From Macrostomum hystrix (lineage: Eukaryota > Animalia > Platyhelminthes): 64,000 nucleotides of DNA. A model generated the notes under the pieces. It was not told where the DNA came from. It did not search any database and worked only from the letters and a program-made list of their open reading frames with translations. Numbering within the stretch: the first letter of the stretch is position 1; every line of letters starts with the position of its first letter. The stretch covers positions 15,314,001 through 15,378,000 of the forward strand of contig CATNEN010000038.1 of NCBI GenBank assembly GCA_950097015.1, read 5' to 3'. The position numbers and the translations under genes are program-made. Below are positions 22,987-36,532 of this stretch, in pieces.

Positions 22987-25900
22987 TCAGGCGCAGAGAA
23001 TCGCGGCAATGGTGACGCGCCCTTCGGCATTCGTGTTCCCGCCAGCCACAGCGACGCAGCCGCTGCCGAAGCAGGCCGAGCCTCCGCCGCCGCCGGCGTT
23101 CTCCGAAACTGCGCCAGCGCCGCCTCCGCTGTAGCCGCCGCCGCCGCCAGAGCCTCCAAAGGAGCTGCCAGCAAAGTCCGTGTTGGTGCCGAAAGCTCCG
23201 CCTCCGCCGCCTCCGAAGCCGCCGTCTCCGGATGACAGGCCAGAGCCTCGGATGCCGCCGAGCCAGCCTCCGATGCGACTAGAGCCGCCTGAGCCATCAG
23301 CGGGATAGGTGCTGGTGTCGGTAACAGCGTCCCCAATCCAACCAGCCCCGGGACCGCCCATGAGGTACTGATTTGGTGCAAAAGTGAATCGGAGCTGCGC
23401 CACTCTGCCGGGTCCACCGCCTGTTCCTTGGATTCCCGTATGGCCAGGTCCGACAGCATCGTAACTGGAAACTTGTAACTGGTAACTGCTCGAATTTGTT
23501 CCGTTGGTCGTGGAGGTACCGTTTAAGCCTACAAAATAAATTCGTATTTGAATTCGTTCAGTTAGTTCAAACCAAGGACCACTAGGTGTAGAATGACGAG
23601 AAACTACGTTTCTAAGATAAAATTAAAGGCTGGTTTTCGCGAAAAATACAATACGGAGATAGGAAATTTTCACATTTTTCAGATTTAAATGGTGACAGCA
23701 GACATCTGATTGGAAGCAGATACAAAGCTGTTCTTTTGTTATAAATTGCCTAACATGTTGCTCTACCGAATGTTAAAAGCTTTTATTTATGAAGATTTTA
23801 TCTTCGTACAATTTTCTTTACTAAATAAACTATCAAAGAGTCTAGTGGAATGGATACTTCCGTTCATACATCTGAAAAAAGTCTAAAGTTTGGCTTATTG
23901 GGAATTAATAGCTAAAAAATCATTTCAAAAACATTGTCTGTGAATTGAAAGTTTATAGGTTATGTGTAGAGAGTTGTAAAATATGCTTTTGCTTAACGCG
24001 CTACTTAAAGTAATGTCACAAGGAAACCTCAGCCATAACGTTTAATCTAATTTTAGAAATGAGTCATGCGCTATTTTTAGAAACAAAGTCATGTGACATG
24101 AAACCGGAGAACCGGTTCTCGACAGCTGTATTTGCTTGAATTCCAAATATGGTAAAACAAACAATTATGACTCATCGGTTTCTGAATCTGTATTATTATT
24201 ACCATATTACCATATTTACACAATATTCCAAATATGGTAAAACTCACAATCATGACTCACTAAACAAATATGTGTGACCCAAGTAAACACCCGGTAGTAG
24301 AACCGGTTTTCCCCCAAAATTTTACTATAAATACAAGCGAAAATCCGAATCTCCGTAGTGTATTTTTTTCGCGAAAACCATCTTTTTTCTTAAGAAACGT
24401 AGTTTCCCGTCCTTCAACTCCTCGTGGTCCTTGGTTCAAACTGGTTCAAACTGGATTTTAGAGCATATTAGAGCACTCACCGTTGCTATAGTACGAGGCA
24501 CCGCCGCCACCGCCAGCGCCGATGAGAAGTTGACTGTCGTTGCTCCTGTACACAAAGCTGCCGCCACCACCGCCTGAGCCTCCGAAAAGAGCGGCGGAAT
24601 TCGAGCCCGACTGTCCGACAATGATGGCTAACTCAGTGCCGACAGTCAGGGTGAAGGTGCCAGCAGAATAGGCGCCCCAGCCAGGCGATCTGGCCTTATT
24701 CAGATCGAATCCACCCCTGGCACCGAACACTTCAATGCGGTAGCAGCCAGTGATGCGGATTCGAAGGTACTGCACCGAGCCGTTCCTGCCTGCCCCTGTC
24801 GCTGAGGAATTTAAATTTGCCTTCGATTAAACCACGCCCAGCATTGAATACCGAATAATTTGCTCGCATAAATTACTCATAAGCCCTGGGTGTGTGGCAG
24901 AGCGGTCTAACGCGTTTACCTCTCGCACTAAGGCCCCTGAGCTCGATTCCGCGGCGAGGCCGCATTCATTTGTGGCATAGCTGCGCAGAGAAGGCTTGAG
25001 GGCTTGTCATGAAATTTACGCCCTTGAGGGCCAACCTCCAAGGCACAGTGAGAGTGTACACTGCTTGACGATGAGAAGTCAGGGCAGATGTACACACATG
25101 TGTGCGTGCGTGCTCAGGAGTCAGCGAAATGGGCAAAATTGCCTACTCGCTGTATCACCAAATGCATCACCAAATGATGTGCGATTGCCCTCCTGCAATT
25201 TCTATTATTTTTATTGTTATTACTAAGCTGAATATTTAGCCATAAAGTGATTATTTTACTCAGTATATGTAGCTTGCTAACCGGCTTTTGACTTGTTTTT
25301 CACTTTGTCAGTCAGACATTGCCCCATGCTGTCCTTTCCAACCACTTCTAATGTATCCTGACGCCGTAATTTGAAATATTTCTGTCATCCAGATACTAAA
25401 CTGCCTACTTTTGTCTGCAGTCTGATTGTGTCGCTCATATTTCACAAACTTTATAAGTACGTTTTTAGCCCCCTTAGCAAACCACCAAATCTTACAATTA
25501 AACGTGGCCTTCATCCCCTTGCTGAGTAGCTGCTGCTCAAAGTCGTGAGCCTTCAAAACTGTCCAGCCACTTTCAGTCCGCAGGTCACGCATCGAGTGGC
25601 CTCCATTCGGTCCCATCTGGCCAGCCGATTCATCGTTGATCAGTAGAAGTCGGCAGACTCCGCTGTCGATGCTGCTGACGTTAAACTGGGCGACAGCGCA
25701 TCCATGCAGCTGGCAGAGAAAGGCGCAGTGATTTACACTGTGCACAGCTACCTCTTTGAAATCGCTGCTAAATGTGGCATCAATAATCAGGTTGTTCACC
25801 AGCTGCAAGAATGGGCCCTGGACGGTTGCAGCTGAGCTCTGAGCTGTTCAAGTTAAAAAGCAGAAATAGACATTTCATGAGAAAACTTTGTCAGGATTAA

Positions 25901-26022
25901 TTTGTTTGGCTCATCATCGACTTACTGATTAAAACAGTGGAAGCGATCGCCCAGCAGATGACGACAGTTGATAGATGCGTCCCGTTGGTATTCTTGAACC
26001 AAATTAGCTCCCCGAACTTCAT
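22987..26022 (-). CDS. Secreted PAN/Apple-like plus ALK/LTK-type glycine-rich domain protein (435 aa, 4 exons)
   Basis: Exons 26022-25926, 25843-25496, 24801-24481, 23528-22987 (1308 nt, all phase-1 junctions). Signal-like VVICWAIASTVLITQSSA; HCAFLCQLHGCAVAQF..C; TGCYRIEVFGARGG..LAIIVGQSG..GGSGGGGGSFV..LLIGAGGGGG..GGFGGGGG..GGGGGYSGGG..GGGGGS..N..EGRVTI. Confidence 0.85.
23573..24433. mobile_element. Non-autonomous DNA transposon (P-superfamily-like MITE) in intron
   Basis: About 90-bp imperfect TIRs (CAAGGACCAC..GAAACTACGTTTCT..TGGTTTTCGCGAAAAA..TACGGAGAT) and a perfect 8-bp TSD GTTCAAAC (23565-23572, 24434-24441); CANRG termini. Confidence 0.85.
24888..25225 (+). mobile_element. tRNA-derived SINE family A (intronic)
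   Basis: Colinear with the other family A copies; (TAT)n tail. Confidence 0.85.
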
Positions 26023-26259
26023 TGTGGCGCAGTGCTTCTCGTGCGTCAAGTGACTGCAAATTGGTGATAGAATCGATTGATGACGTTGAGAAATATTTGT
26101 AGCTCTGCAGTATTTTTATTTTTATCTCTGAGGGCCTCAAGCCAGAAATGAACTATATAGGCGTCTTACTAATGCGCTAATCATGCAGTGGGTCCCCATT
26201 CATCTCGTTGAATGGTTCTGGATTTCTTATTTGTCATTTTGGTATTATACTATTGCATC

Positions 26260-27220
26260 TGTTGTTCCTCGGGTGCTGCTCTATGACTTCTGCTGTTCCT
26301 CGGGTGCTGCTCTATGGCTTCTGATGTTCCTCGGGTGCTGCTCTATGACTTCTGCTGTTCCTCGGGTGCTGCTCTATGGCTTCTGCTGTTCCTCGGGTGC
26401 TGCTCTATGGCTTCTGCTGTTCCTCGGGTGCTGCTCTATGGCTTCTGCTGTTCCTCGGGTGCTGCTCTATGACTTCTGCTGTTCCTCGGGTGCTGCTCTA
26501 TGGCTTCTGCTGTTCCTCGGGTGCTGCTCTATGGCTTCTGCTGTTCCTCGGGTGCTGCTCTATGGCTTCTGCTGTTCCTCGGGTGCTGCTCTATGGCTTC
26601 TGCTGTTCCTCGGGTGCTGCTAGTCTATGGCATCTGTTGTTCCTTGGGCTCTCTATGGGATTTGCAGTTCCTCGGATGCAACTACTCTATGGGATTTGCT
26701 GTTCCTCGGATGCAACTACTCTATGGGATTTGCAGTTCCTCGGATGCAACTACTCTATGGGATTTGCAGTTCCTCGGATGCAACTACTCTATGGGATTTG
26801 CAGTTCCTCGGATGCAACTACTCTATGGGATTTGCAGTTCCTCGGATGCAACTACTCTATGGGATTTGCAGTTCCTCGGATGCAACTACTCTATGGGATT
26901 TGCAGTTCCTCGGATGCAACTACTCTATGGGATTTGCAGTTCCTCGGATGCAACTACTCTATGGGATTTGCAGTTCCTCGGATGCAACTACTCTATGGGA
27001 TTTGCAGTTCCTCGGATGCAACTACTCTATGGGATTTGCAGTTCCTCGGATGCAACTACTCTATGGGATTTGCAGTTCCTCGGATGCAACTACTCTATGG
27101 GATTTGCAGTTCCTCGGATGCAACTACTCTATGGGATTTGCTGTTCCTCGGATGCAACTACTCTATGGGATTTGCTGTTCCTCGGATGCAACTACTCTAT
27201 GGGATTTGCTGTTCCTTGGG
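26260..27220. repeat. Compound minisatellite: 31-bp unit then a related 34-bp unit
   Basis: GTTCCTCGGGTGCTGCTCTATGGCTTCTGCT to about 26625, then GTTCCTCGGATGCAACTACTCTATGGGATTTGCA. Confidence 0.95.
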
Positions 27221-27839
27221 CGCCATTCGGGTGTTATTGCACGTATGGCATCTGATTGCCCGCGAGTGAAGAAGCAACATTGTACTTACCGAGGATAGGC
27301 TAAAAAGCTTTCACGTCGGCTCGAGGTTTAATATGAAGTATATATCCTACTTTAGTTTAATTTCAGTCTTTCAGTCTCCTATATCAGAGGAATAGCTGTT
27401 GCCAAAAAAATCATCATTCAAAATTTCATGCAAATATGAATTTATTGAAGGAAGTTGGATAGCAACAAAAATTAGCTACACAAGCTACACAAGCTATACG
27501 CAAGTCGTGTTGCTAGCCTACAGTGAAGCCTATACCGATAGCCTATGCCTCAAACACGGGTCTCATACCGTCCCACTGATCTGATGATCTGGGTTAGCAA
27601 CGAATACATGTGGAAAGTGAGGCATTAAAAGAGTCGCAGAGCCAATGAATTAGTGATGCACTGTCACTATCAATGCTTTGCGATGCCTGCTTTGCCGGAA
27701 AAAATAACTGCGCCTACGCTGATGCCTGACATGCACAGGCTAGCTTGTGGGCGTATAGGACAATAACGTCAAATTCTATGGCTTCCTATCTGCAATCGTT
27801 ATCTTTGTCCGACAGAAAAAAGTTTGCTGTAGGATCCGA

Positions 27840-30800
27840 AGCTACACAAGCTACACAAGCTACACCAGCTACACGAGCTACACAAGCTACACAAGCTACA
27901 CAAGCTACACAAGCTACACAAGCTACACAAGCTACACAAGCTACACAAGCTACACAAGCTACACAAGCTACACAAGCTACACGAGCTACAAGAGCTACAC
28001 AAGCTACACAAGCTACACAAGCTACACGAGCTACACCAGCTACACGAGCTACACAAGCTACACAAGCTATACACAAGCTAAAAAAGCTACACGAGCTACA
28101 CAAGCTACACAAGCTACACAAGCTACACAAGCTACACGAGCTACAAGAGCTACACAAGCTACACAAGCTACACAAGCTACACGAGCTACACCAGCTACAC
28201 GAGCTACACAAGCTACACAAGCTATACACAAGCTAAAAAAGCTACACGAGCTACACAAGCTACACAAGCTACACGAGCTACACAAGCTACACAAGCTACA
28301 CAAGCTACACAAGCTACACAAGCTACACGAGCTACAAGAGCTACACAAGCTACACAAGCTACACAAGCTACACGAGCTACACCAGCTACACGAGCTACAC
28401 AAGCTACACAAGCTATACACAAGCTAAAAAAGCTACACGAGCTACACAAGCTACACAAGCTACACGAGCTACACAAGCTACACAAGCTACACAAGCTACA
28501 CCAGCTACACGAGCTACACAAGCTACACGAGCTACACAAGCTACACAAGCTACACAAGCTACACAAGCTACACAAGCTACACAAGCTACACAAGCTACAC
28601 AAGCTACACGAGCTACACAAGCTACACAAGCTACACAAGCTACACAAGCTACACAAGCTACACAAGCTACACAAGCTACACAAGCTACACGAGCTACACA
28701 AGCTACACCAGCTACACGAGCTACACAAGCTACACAAGCTACACAAGCTACACAAGCTACACAAGCTACACAAGCTACACAAGCTACACGAGCTACACAA
28801 GCTACACGAGCTACACCAGCTACACGAGCTACACAAGCTACACAAGCTATACACAAGCTAAAAAAGCTACACGAGCTACACAAGCTACACAAGCTACACG
28901 AGCTACACAAGCTACACAAGCTACACAAGCTTCACAAGCTACACAAGCTACACAAGCTACACAAGCGACACAAGCTACACCAGCTACACGAGCTACACAA
29001 GCTACACAAGCTACACAAGCTACACAAGCTACACGAGCTACACAAGCTACACAAGCTACACAAGCTACACAAGCTACACAAGCTACACAAGCTACACAAG
29101 CTACACAAGCTACACGAGCTACACAAGCTACACAAGCTACACAAGCTACACAAGCTACACAAGCTACACAAGCTACACAAGCTACACAAGCTACACAAGC
29201 TACACAAGCTACACAAGCTACACAAGCTACACGAGCTACACAAGCTACACCAGCTACACGAGCTACACAAGCTACACGAGCTACACAAGCTACACAAGCT
29301 ACACAAGCTACACAAGCTACACCAGCTACACGAGCTACACAAGCTACACAAGCTACACAAGCTACACAAGCTACACGAGCTACACAAGCTACACAAGCTA
29401 CACAAGCTACACAAGCTACACAAGCTACACAAGCTACACAAGCTACACAAGCTACACAAGCTACACAAGCTACACAAGCTACACAAGCTACACAAGCTAC
29501 ACAAGCTACACAAGCTACACAAGCTACACAAGCTACACGAGCTACACGAGCTACACAAGCTACACAAGCTACACAAGCTACACGAGCTACAAGAGCTACA
29601 CAAGCTACACAAGCTACACAAGCTACACGAGCTACACCAGCTACACGAGCTACACAAGCTACACAAGCTATACACAAGCTAAAAAAGCTACACGAGCTAC
29701 ACAAGCTACACAAGCTACACGAGCTACACAAGCTACACAAGCTACACAAGCTACACAAGCTACACAAGCTACACAAGCTACACAAGCTACACAAGCTACA
29801 CCAGCTACACGAGCTACACAAGCTACACGAGCTACACAAGCTACACAAGCTACACGAGCTACACAAGCTACACAAGCTACACAAGCTACACAAGCTACAC
29901 AAGCTACACAAGCTACACAAGCTACACAAGCTACACGAGCTACACAAGCTACACAAGCTACACAAGCTACACAAGCTACACGAGCTACACAAGCTACACA
30001 AGCTACACAAGCTACACAAGCTACACAAGCTACACAAGCTACACAAGCTACACAAGCTACACGAGCTACACAAGCTACACAAGCTACACAAGCTACACAA
30101 GCTACACAAGCTACACAAGCTACACAAGCTACACAAGCTACACAAGCTACACCAGCTACACAAGCTACACAAGCTACACAAGCTACACAAGCTACACGAG
30201 CTACACAAGCTACACAAGCTACACAAGCTACACAAGCTACACAAGCTACACAAGCTACACAAGCTACACAAGCTACACAAGCTACACCAGCTACACGAGC
30301 TACACAAGCTACACAAGCTACACAAGCTACACAAGCTACACAAGCTACACAAGCTACACAAGCTACACGAGCTACACAAGCTACACGAGCTACACCAGCT
30401 ACACGAGCTACACAAGCTACAGAAGCTATACACAAGCTAAAAAAGCTACACGAGCTACACAAGCTACACAAGCTACACGAGCTACACAAGCTACACAAGC
30501 TACACAAGCTTCACAAGCTACACAAGCTACACAAGCTACACAAGCGACACAAGCTACACCAGCTACACGAGCTACACAAGCTACACAAGCTACACAAGCT
30601 ACACAAGCTACACGAGCTACACAAGCTACACAAGCTACACAAGCTACACAAGCTACACAAGCTACACAAGCTACACAAGCTACACAAGCTACACGAGCTA
30701 CACAAGCTACACCAGCTACACGAGCTACACAAGCTACACGAGCTACACAAGCTACACAAGCTACACAAGCTACACAAGCTACACAAGCTACACCAGCTAC

Positions 30801-33400
30801 ACGAGCTACACAAGCTACACAAGCTACACAAGCTACACAAGCTACACGAGCTACACAAGCTACACAAGCTACACAAGCTACACAAGCTACACAAGCTACA
30901 CAAGCTACACAAGCTACACAAGCTACACAAGCTACACGAGCTACACAAGCTACACAAGCTACACAAGCTACACAAGCTACACAAGCTACACAAGCTACAC
31001 AAGCTACACAAGCTACACAAGCTACACAAGCTACACAAGCTACACGAGCTACACAAGCTACACAAGCTACACAAGCTACACAAGCTACACGAGCTACACA
31101 AGCTACACAAGCTACACAAGCTACACAAGCTACACCAGCTACACGAGCTACACCAGCTACACGAGCTACACGAGCTACACAAGCTACACAAGCTACACGA
31201 GCTACACAAGCTACACAAGCTACACAAGCTACACAAGCTACACAAGCTACACAAGCTACACGAGCTACACAAGCTACACCAGCTACACAAGCTACACAAG
31301 CTACACAAGCTACACCAGCTACACGAGCTACACAAGCTACACGAGCTACACAAGCTACACAAGCTACACGAGCTACACAAGCTACACAAGCTACACGAGC
31401 TACACCAGCTACACGAGCTACACAAGCTACACGAGCTACACAAGCTACACAAGCTACACAAGCTACACAAGCTACACAAGCTACACAAGCTACACAAGCT
31501 ACACGAGCTACACAAGCTACACAAGCTACACAAGCTACACAAGCTACACCAGCTACACGAGCTACACAAGCTACACGAGCTACACAAGCTACACAAGCTA
31601 CACAAGCTACACAAGCTACACAAGCTACACAAGCTACACAAGCTACACCAGCTACACGAGCTACACAAGCTACACGAGCTACACAAGCTACACAAGCTAC
31701 ACGAGCTACACAAGCTACACAAGCTACACAAGCTACACAAGCTACACAAGCTACACAAGCTACACAAGCTACACAAGCTACACGAGCTACACAAGCTACA
31801 CAAGCTACACAAGCTACACAAGCTACACGAGCTACACAAGCTACACAAGCTACACAAGCTACACAAGCTACACAAGCTACACAAGCTACACAAGCTACAC
31901 AAGCTACACAAGCTACACGAGCTACACAAGCTACACCAGCTACACGAGCTACACAAGCTACACAAGCTACACAAGCTACACAAGCTACACAAGCTACACA
32001 AGCTACACAAGCTACACAAGCTACACAAGCTACACGAGCTACACAAGCTACACGAGCTACACCAGCTACACGAGCTACACAAGCTACACAAGCTATACAC
32101 AAGCTAAAAAAGCTACACGAGCTACACAAGCTACACAAGCTACACGAGCTACACAAGCTACACAAGCTACACAAGCTTCACAAGCTACACAAGCTACACA
32201 AGCTACACAAGCGACACAAGCTACACCAGCTACACGAGCTACACAAGCTACACAAGCTACACAAGCTACACAAGCTACACGAGCTACACAAGCTACACAA
32301 GCTACACAAGCTACACAAGCTACACAAGCTACACAAGCTACACAAGCTACACAAGCTACACGAGCTACACAAGCTACACCAGCTACACGAGCTACACAAG
32401 CTACACGAGCTACACAAGCTACACAAGCTACACAAGCTACACAAGCTACACAAGCTACACCAGCTACACGAGCTACACAAGCTACACAAGCTACACAAGC
32501 TACACAAGCTACACGAGCTACAAGAGCTACACGAGCTACACAAGCTACACAAGCTACACAAGCTACACAAGCTACACAAGCTACACAAGCTACACAAGCT
32601 ACACAAGCTACACAAGCTACACAAGCTACACAAGCTACACAAGCTACACAAGCTACACAAGCTACACGAGCTACACAAGCTACACAAGCTACACAAGCTA
32701 CACCAGCTACACGAGCTACACAAGCTACACAAGCTACACGAGCTACACAAGCTACACAAGCTACACAAGCTACACAAGCTACACGAGCTACAAGAGCTAC
32801 ACGAGCTACACAAGCTACACAAGCTACACAAGCTACACAAGCTACACAAGCTACACAAGCTACACAAGCTACACAAGCTACACAAGCTACACAAGCTACA
32901 CAAGCTACACGAGCTACACAAGCTACACAAGCTACACAAGCTACACAAGCTACACGAGCTACACAAGCTACACAAGCTACACAAGCTACACAAGCTACAC
33001 CAGCTACACGAGCTACACAAGCTACACAAGCTACACAAGCTACACAAGCTACACAAGCTACACCAGCTACACGAGCTACACAAGCTACACGAGCTACACA
33101 AGCTACACAAGCTACACGAGCTACACAAGCTACACAAGCTACACGAGCTACACCAGCTACACGAGCTACACAAGCTACACGAGCTACACAAGCTACACAA
33201 GCTACACAAGCTACACAAGCTACACAAGCTACACAAGCTACACAAGCTACACGAGCTACACAAGCTACACAAGCTACACAAGCTACACAAGCTACACCAG
33301 CTACACGAGCTACACAAGCTACACGAGCTACACAAGCTACACAAGCTACACAAGCTACACAAGCTACACAAGCTACACAAGCTACACAAGCTACACAAGC
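27840..33400. repeat. 5.6-kb 9-bp satellite (GCTACACAA)n with higher-order structure
   Basis: Variants GCTACACGA, GCTACACCA, GCTACAAGA and a recurrent GCTATACACAAGCTAAAAAA marker. Confidence 0.98.
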
Positions 33401-33864
33401 TTGCATTGAGACTATACACGACTCGCAGTTCGAGTCTATTTGTATGTCGAGAAGAAAAAAAACAAAAAAGCACACCTTGCTAATGTCAGTAGGCAGTAAA
33501 TAGGGCGTAATGAAGCACTGAACATTTCATCCAAATGGTCAGAATCAAACTCGCTTTATCAACCACTAATCCCCTAAATATTTTTGCTTCCAGACAGACC
33601 TGCACTTCTTCACTTCATGTGAAAGGTTGTGTATACCCTTCCGCGCTTTGATGACTCACCGCTGTTCTATTTTTAGCTCTATGGATGGAAAACTCCTCAC
33701 ATGATTATCAGGGAACCGATAAGAGTTCGAGGCCTTAACACGCACAGTGCGCATGCTATAGCTGTCTTTTGTGACCTTGTGGCAGCGATATTTTTAATAT
33801 TCGAGGCTTACCATCACAGTAAGTTGTTCAGAATATATTTAGAATACATAAAGAAGCGTCGTAC

Positions 33865-34130
33865 TCACAACTTGAAGGTCGGGGATTCGATTCCCGACTC
33901 TATTGGAACAATTTGTGCCATTTAGCGAGACATTTAACTCTGCAATGCTTCAGTTCACCCAGCTGTTAAATGGGTACCAGCATCAGCTGGTGCAATTGAG
34001 GGTGGGTCGTGGGTGTGGCGTCCCACCAGTCCATGGACTGAACAGCCGTACGCAGCCTTCAGATGCGCCGCGCAACAGCTGCGGCTGTGCTGATGGTTGC
34101 ACATGTGTAATAAACAAGAATTATTAATAA
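33865..34130 (+). mobile_element. CORE-SINE (family B)
   Basis: GATTCGATTCCCGACTC, CORE-like segment and CAGTCCATGGACTGAACAGCCG tail. Confidence 0.85.
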
Positions 34131-34519
34131 AATATATCCATCGCCATCTATCTTTATGAAATGAGTATATATGCCATTCATGGGACACCTATGCAGTTCA
34201 ATTTCGTGCTAGAAACGGGGCCAAACCAGTTTAATCAAACAATATACACGACTCATGACATGAGTCATATCTCTCCAATTGGCCTCTGACCCCGTTTGAA
34301 AAGTGTTTTTAGATAGCGTTGTGTAATCAAAGGCGCGCCATAACTACGAGTATAAGGAGTAAGGGCCAGTACGGAGAAAGAAAGGGTCACGCAGGACATT
34401 GTAATTGTAAAGATCGTTTAAGTGTGACAGGTCAGATGTAAGCGAGCGCTCTGTTACTTTTGTTGCTTCTGTTCTGTTTTCTTAAACCCGTGTTGTCTTT
34501 TCTCTGCCAAATTCACATT

Positions 34520-35480
34520 TTCTCTCTTCTCTCTTTCTCTCTATCTCCCCAATCTTCTTCTCTCTTCCTCTCTATCTCCCCAAATCTACTTCTTTTTTTC
34601 TCCTCCAATCCACTTCTCTTTTTCTCCCCCAGTCTACTTCTCTCTTTCTCCCCCAATCTACTTCTCTTTTTCTCCCCAATCTACTTCTCTTTTTCTCCTC
34701 CAATCTACTTCTCTTCTTCTACCCCAATCTACTTCTCTCTTTCTCCTCCAATCTGCTTCTCTCTTTGTCCCTCAATCTACTGCTCCCTTTCTCCTTCAAT
34801 ATACTTCTTTCTTTCTCCTTCAATATACTTCTTTCTTTCTCCTCCAATCTACTTCTCTCTTTCTCCTCCAATCTACTTCTCTTTTTCTACCCCAATCTGC
34901 TTCTCTTTTTCTCCCCCAGTCTACTTCTCTTTTTCTCCCCCAGTCTACTTCTCTCTTTCTCCCCCAATCTACTTCTCTTTTTCTACCCCAATCTACTTCT
35001 CTCTTTCTCCTCCAATCTGCTTCTCTCTTTGTCCCTCAATCTACTGCTCCCTTTCTCCTTCAATATACTTCTTTCTTTCTCCTTCAATATACTTCTTTCT
35101 TTCTCCTCAAATCCACTTCTCTCTTTCTCCTCCAATCTACTTCTCTCTTTCTCCTCCAATCTACTTCTCTCTTTCTCCTCCAATCTACTTCTCTCTTTCT
35201 CCTTAAATGTACTTCTCTCTTTCTCCTTCAATCTACTTCTCTCTTTCTCATTCAATCTACTTCTCTCTTTATCCTCCAATCTACTTCTCTCTTTGTCCCC
35301 AAATCTACTTCTCTCTTTCTCCTACAATCTACTGCTCTATTTCTCCTTAAATGTACTTCTCTCTTTCTCCACCAATATACTTCTCTTTTTCTCCCCCAAT
35401 CTACTTCTCTCTTTGTCCCCAAATCTACTGCTCTCTTTCTAACCCAGTTTTCTTCTCTCATTTTCCTCCAATCTACTACA
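34520..35480. repeat. About 24-bp pyrimidine-rich minisatellite (CTCCAATCTACTTCTCTCTTTCTC)
   Basis: Degenerate tandem units. Confidence 0.9.
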
Positions 35481-35877
35481 TTCTATCTCACCAACAAACA
35501 ATAGTTCTCTATCTCCTCTAATATTGTCTCTGTTTCTCTGAATCTGGCAAAATAAGTGCTATAGATAAGTAACCCAAATTTGGGTCATATTGAGCCAGCT
35601 CTATTACAAGTCCACCGAATCCAAAATAAGAAACCTATAATTTCTTTTTTTCAGCCTTTCTCGCTCTTCCACTGGAGCGTGCCAAAATCGTCTTGTTTCT
35701 CTCAAGGCAGCCCATTTCTATTCGCTAAACCTAAAAGCAGAGAATTTAAAGTCTACACCACTGCGGGCAATCATGAGCAATAATTATTTGCTGGTACTCA
35801 AGACCTGCTCAAACTGCCGTCTATCTTTGGTATTTCCTAACCTCTCACCTGTCCTAACAACTTACACTTCTCCAGGG

Positions 35878-35884
35878 TATAAAA
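35878..35884 (+). promoter_or_regulatory. Candidate TATA box of the small HSP gene
   Basis: TATAAAA about 60 nt upstream of ATG 35941. Confidence 0.5.
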
Positions 35885-35940
35885 GACTCAGGAAAAAAGA
35901 GACAAAGCTAGAAGCAGAGAAATCACAATTTTAGCTCAGG

Positions 35941-36444
35941 ATGGCCTCTAAAACAGTTCTCAATAGCGCCGACTTGAGCAGCCCTGCAGCTCAGTCCATT
36001 GCGGACGAGATGTGCCAATTCTTAAACGAGAGCCGGCGTCAGCGGCTTCAGCATCGCTTCGGCGACGGCTCCGGCCTCGACGCCGACAGAATCGAGGAAG
36101 GTGAAAGCCTCACCACCTGCTGCCGGGCCGTCGGGTCTTCCGGCGTCTATCGCGTTGTCCTGCGCCTCGGCGACGACTTCTCGGCACAGGAGGTTCGGGT
36201 GGGCGTCGACCGGGGCAGCAACTGCCTGCTGGTGGAGGCTGAGCACAGGGAAGAGCTGCCGGGTCGCAAGATTCAGCGCAGTCTGCGGAAATCTTTTCAA
36301 CCGCCGAGGGGAACAGACTTGGAGAGATTATCGACCAGATTCGACGGGGATCTGCTGCTCCTGGAGGCGCCCTACCAAGAGCCAGTCCGGACGCACTGCG
36401 GCTGCCAAAGCCGACCCGGCCTCGCAAGTCTGAACAAAAGTTAA
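35941..36444 (+). CDS. Small heat-shock protein (HSP20/alpha-crystallin domain), intronless
   Basis: YRVVLRLGDDFSAQEVRVGV..LLVEAEHREE..IQRSLRKSFQPPRGTDLERLSTRFDGDLLLLEAP is an alpha-crystallin domain pattern. Confidence 0.88.
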   Translation: MASKTVLNSADLSSPAAQSIADEMCQFLNESRRQRLQHRFGDGSGLDADRIEEGESLTTCCRAVGSSGVYRVVLRLGDDFSAQEVRVGVDRGSNCLLVEAEHREELPGRKIQRSLRKSFQPPRGTDLERLSTRFDGDLLLLEAPYQEPVRTHCGCQSRPGLASLNKS

Positions 36445-36532
36445 CTATCTAAGGATGCGCATTCCTTTACGTGCATTCCTAGAGTCCTAGCGGTCAGTCA
36501 CGTGCTCGTGTTGAGGGTTCGTTTACCCCCCA

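Noticed and set aside
25308-25495. 3' extension of the ORF 25308-25808
   Set aside because: Read-through of the intron; the GTAAG donor at 25495 splices in frame to 24801.
27745-33475. Long Cys-rich (CSL)n/(VAC)n and (ATQ)n ORFs resembling metallothioneins or keratin-associated proteins
   Set aside because: Translations of a stop-free 9-bp satellite, open in several frames on both strands and frameshifted at each marker.
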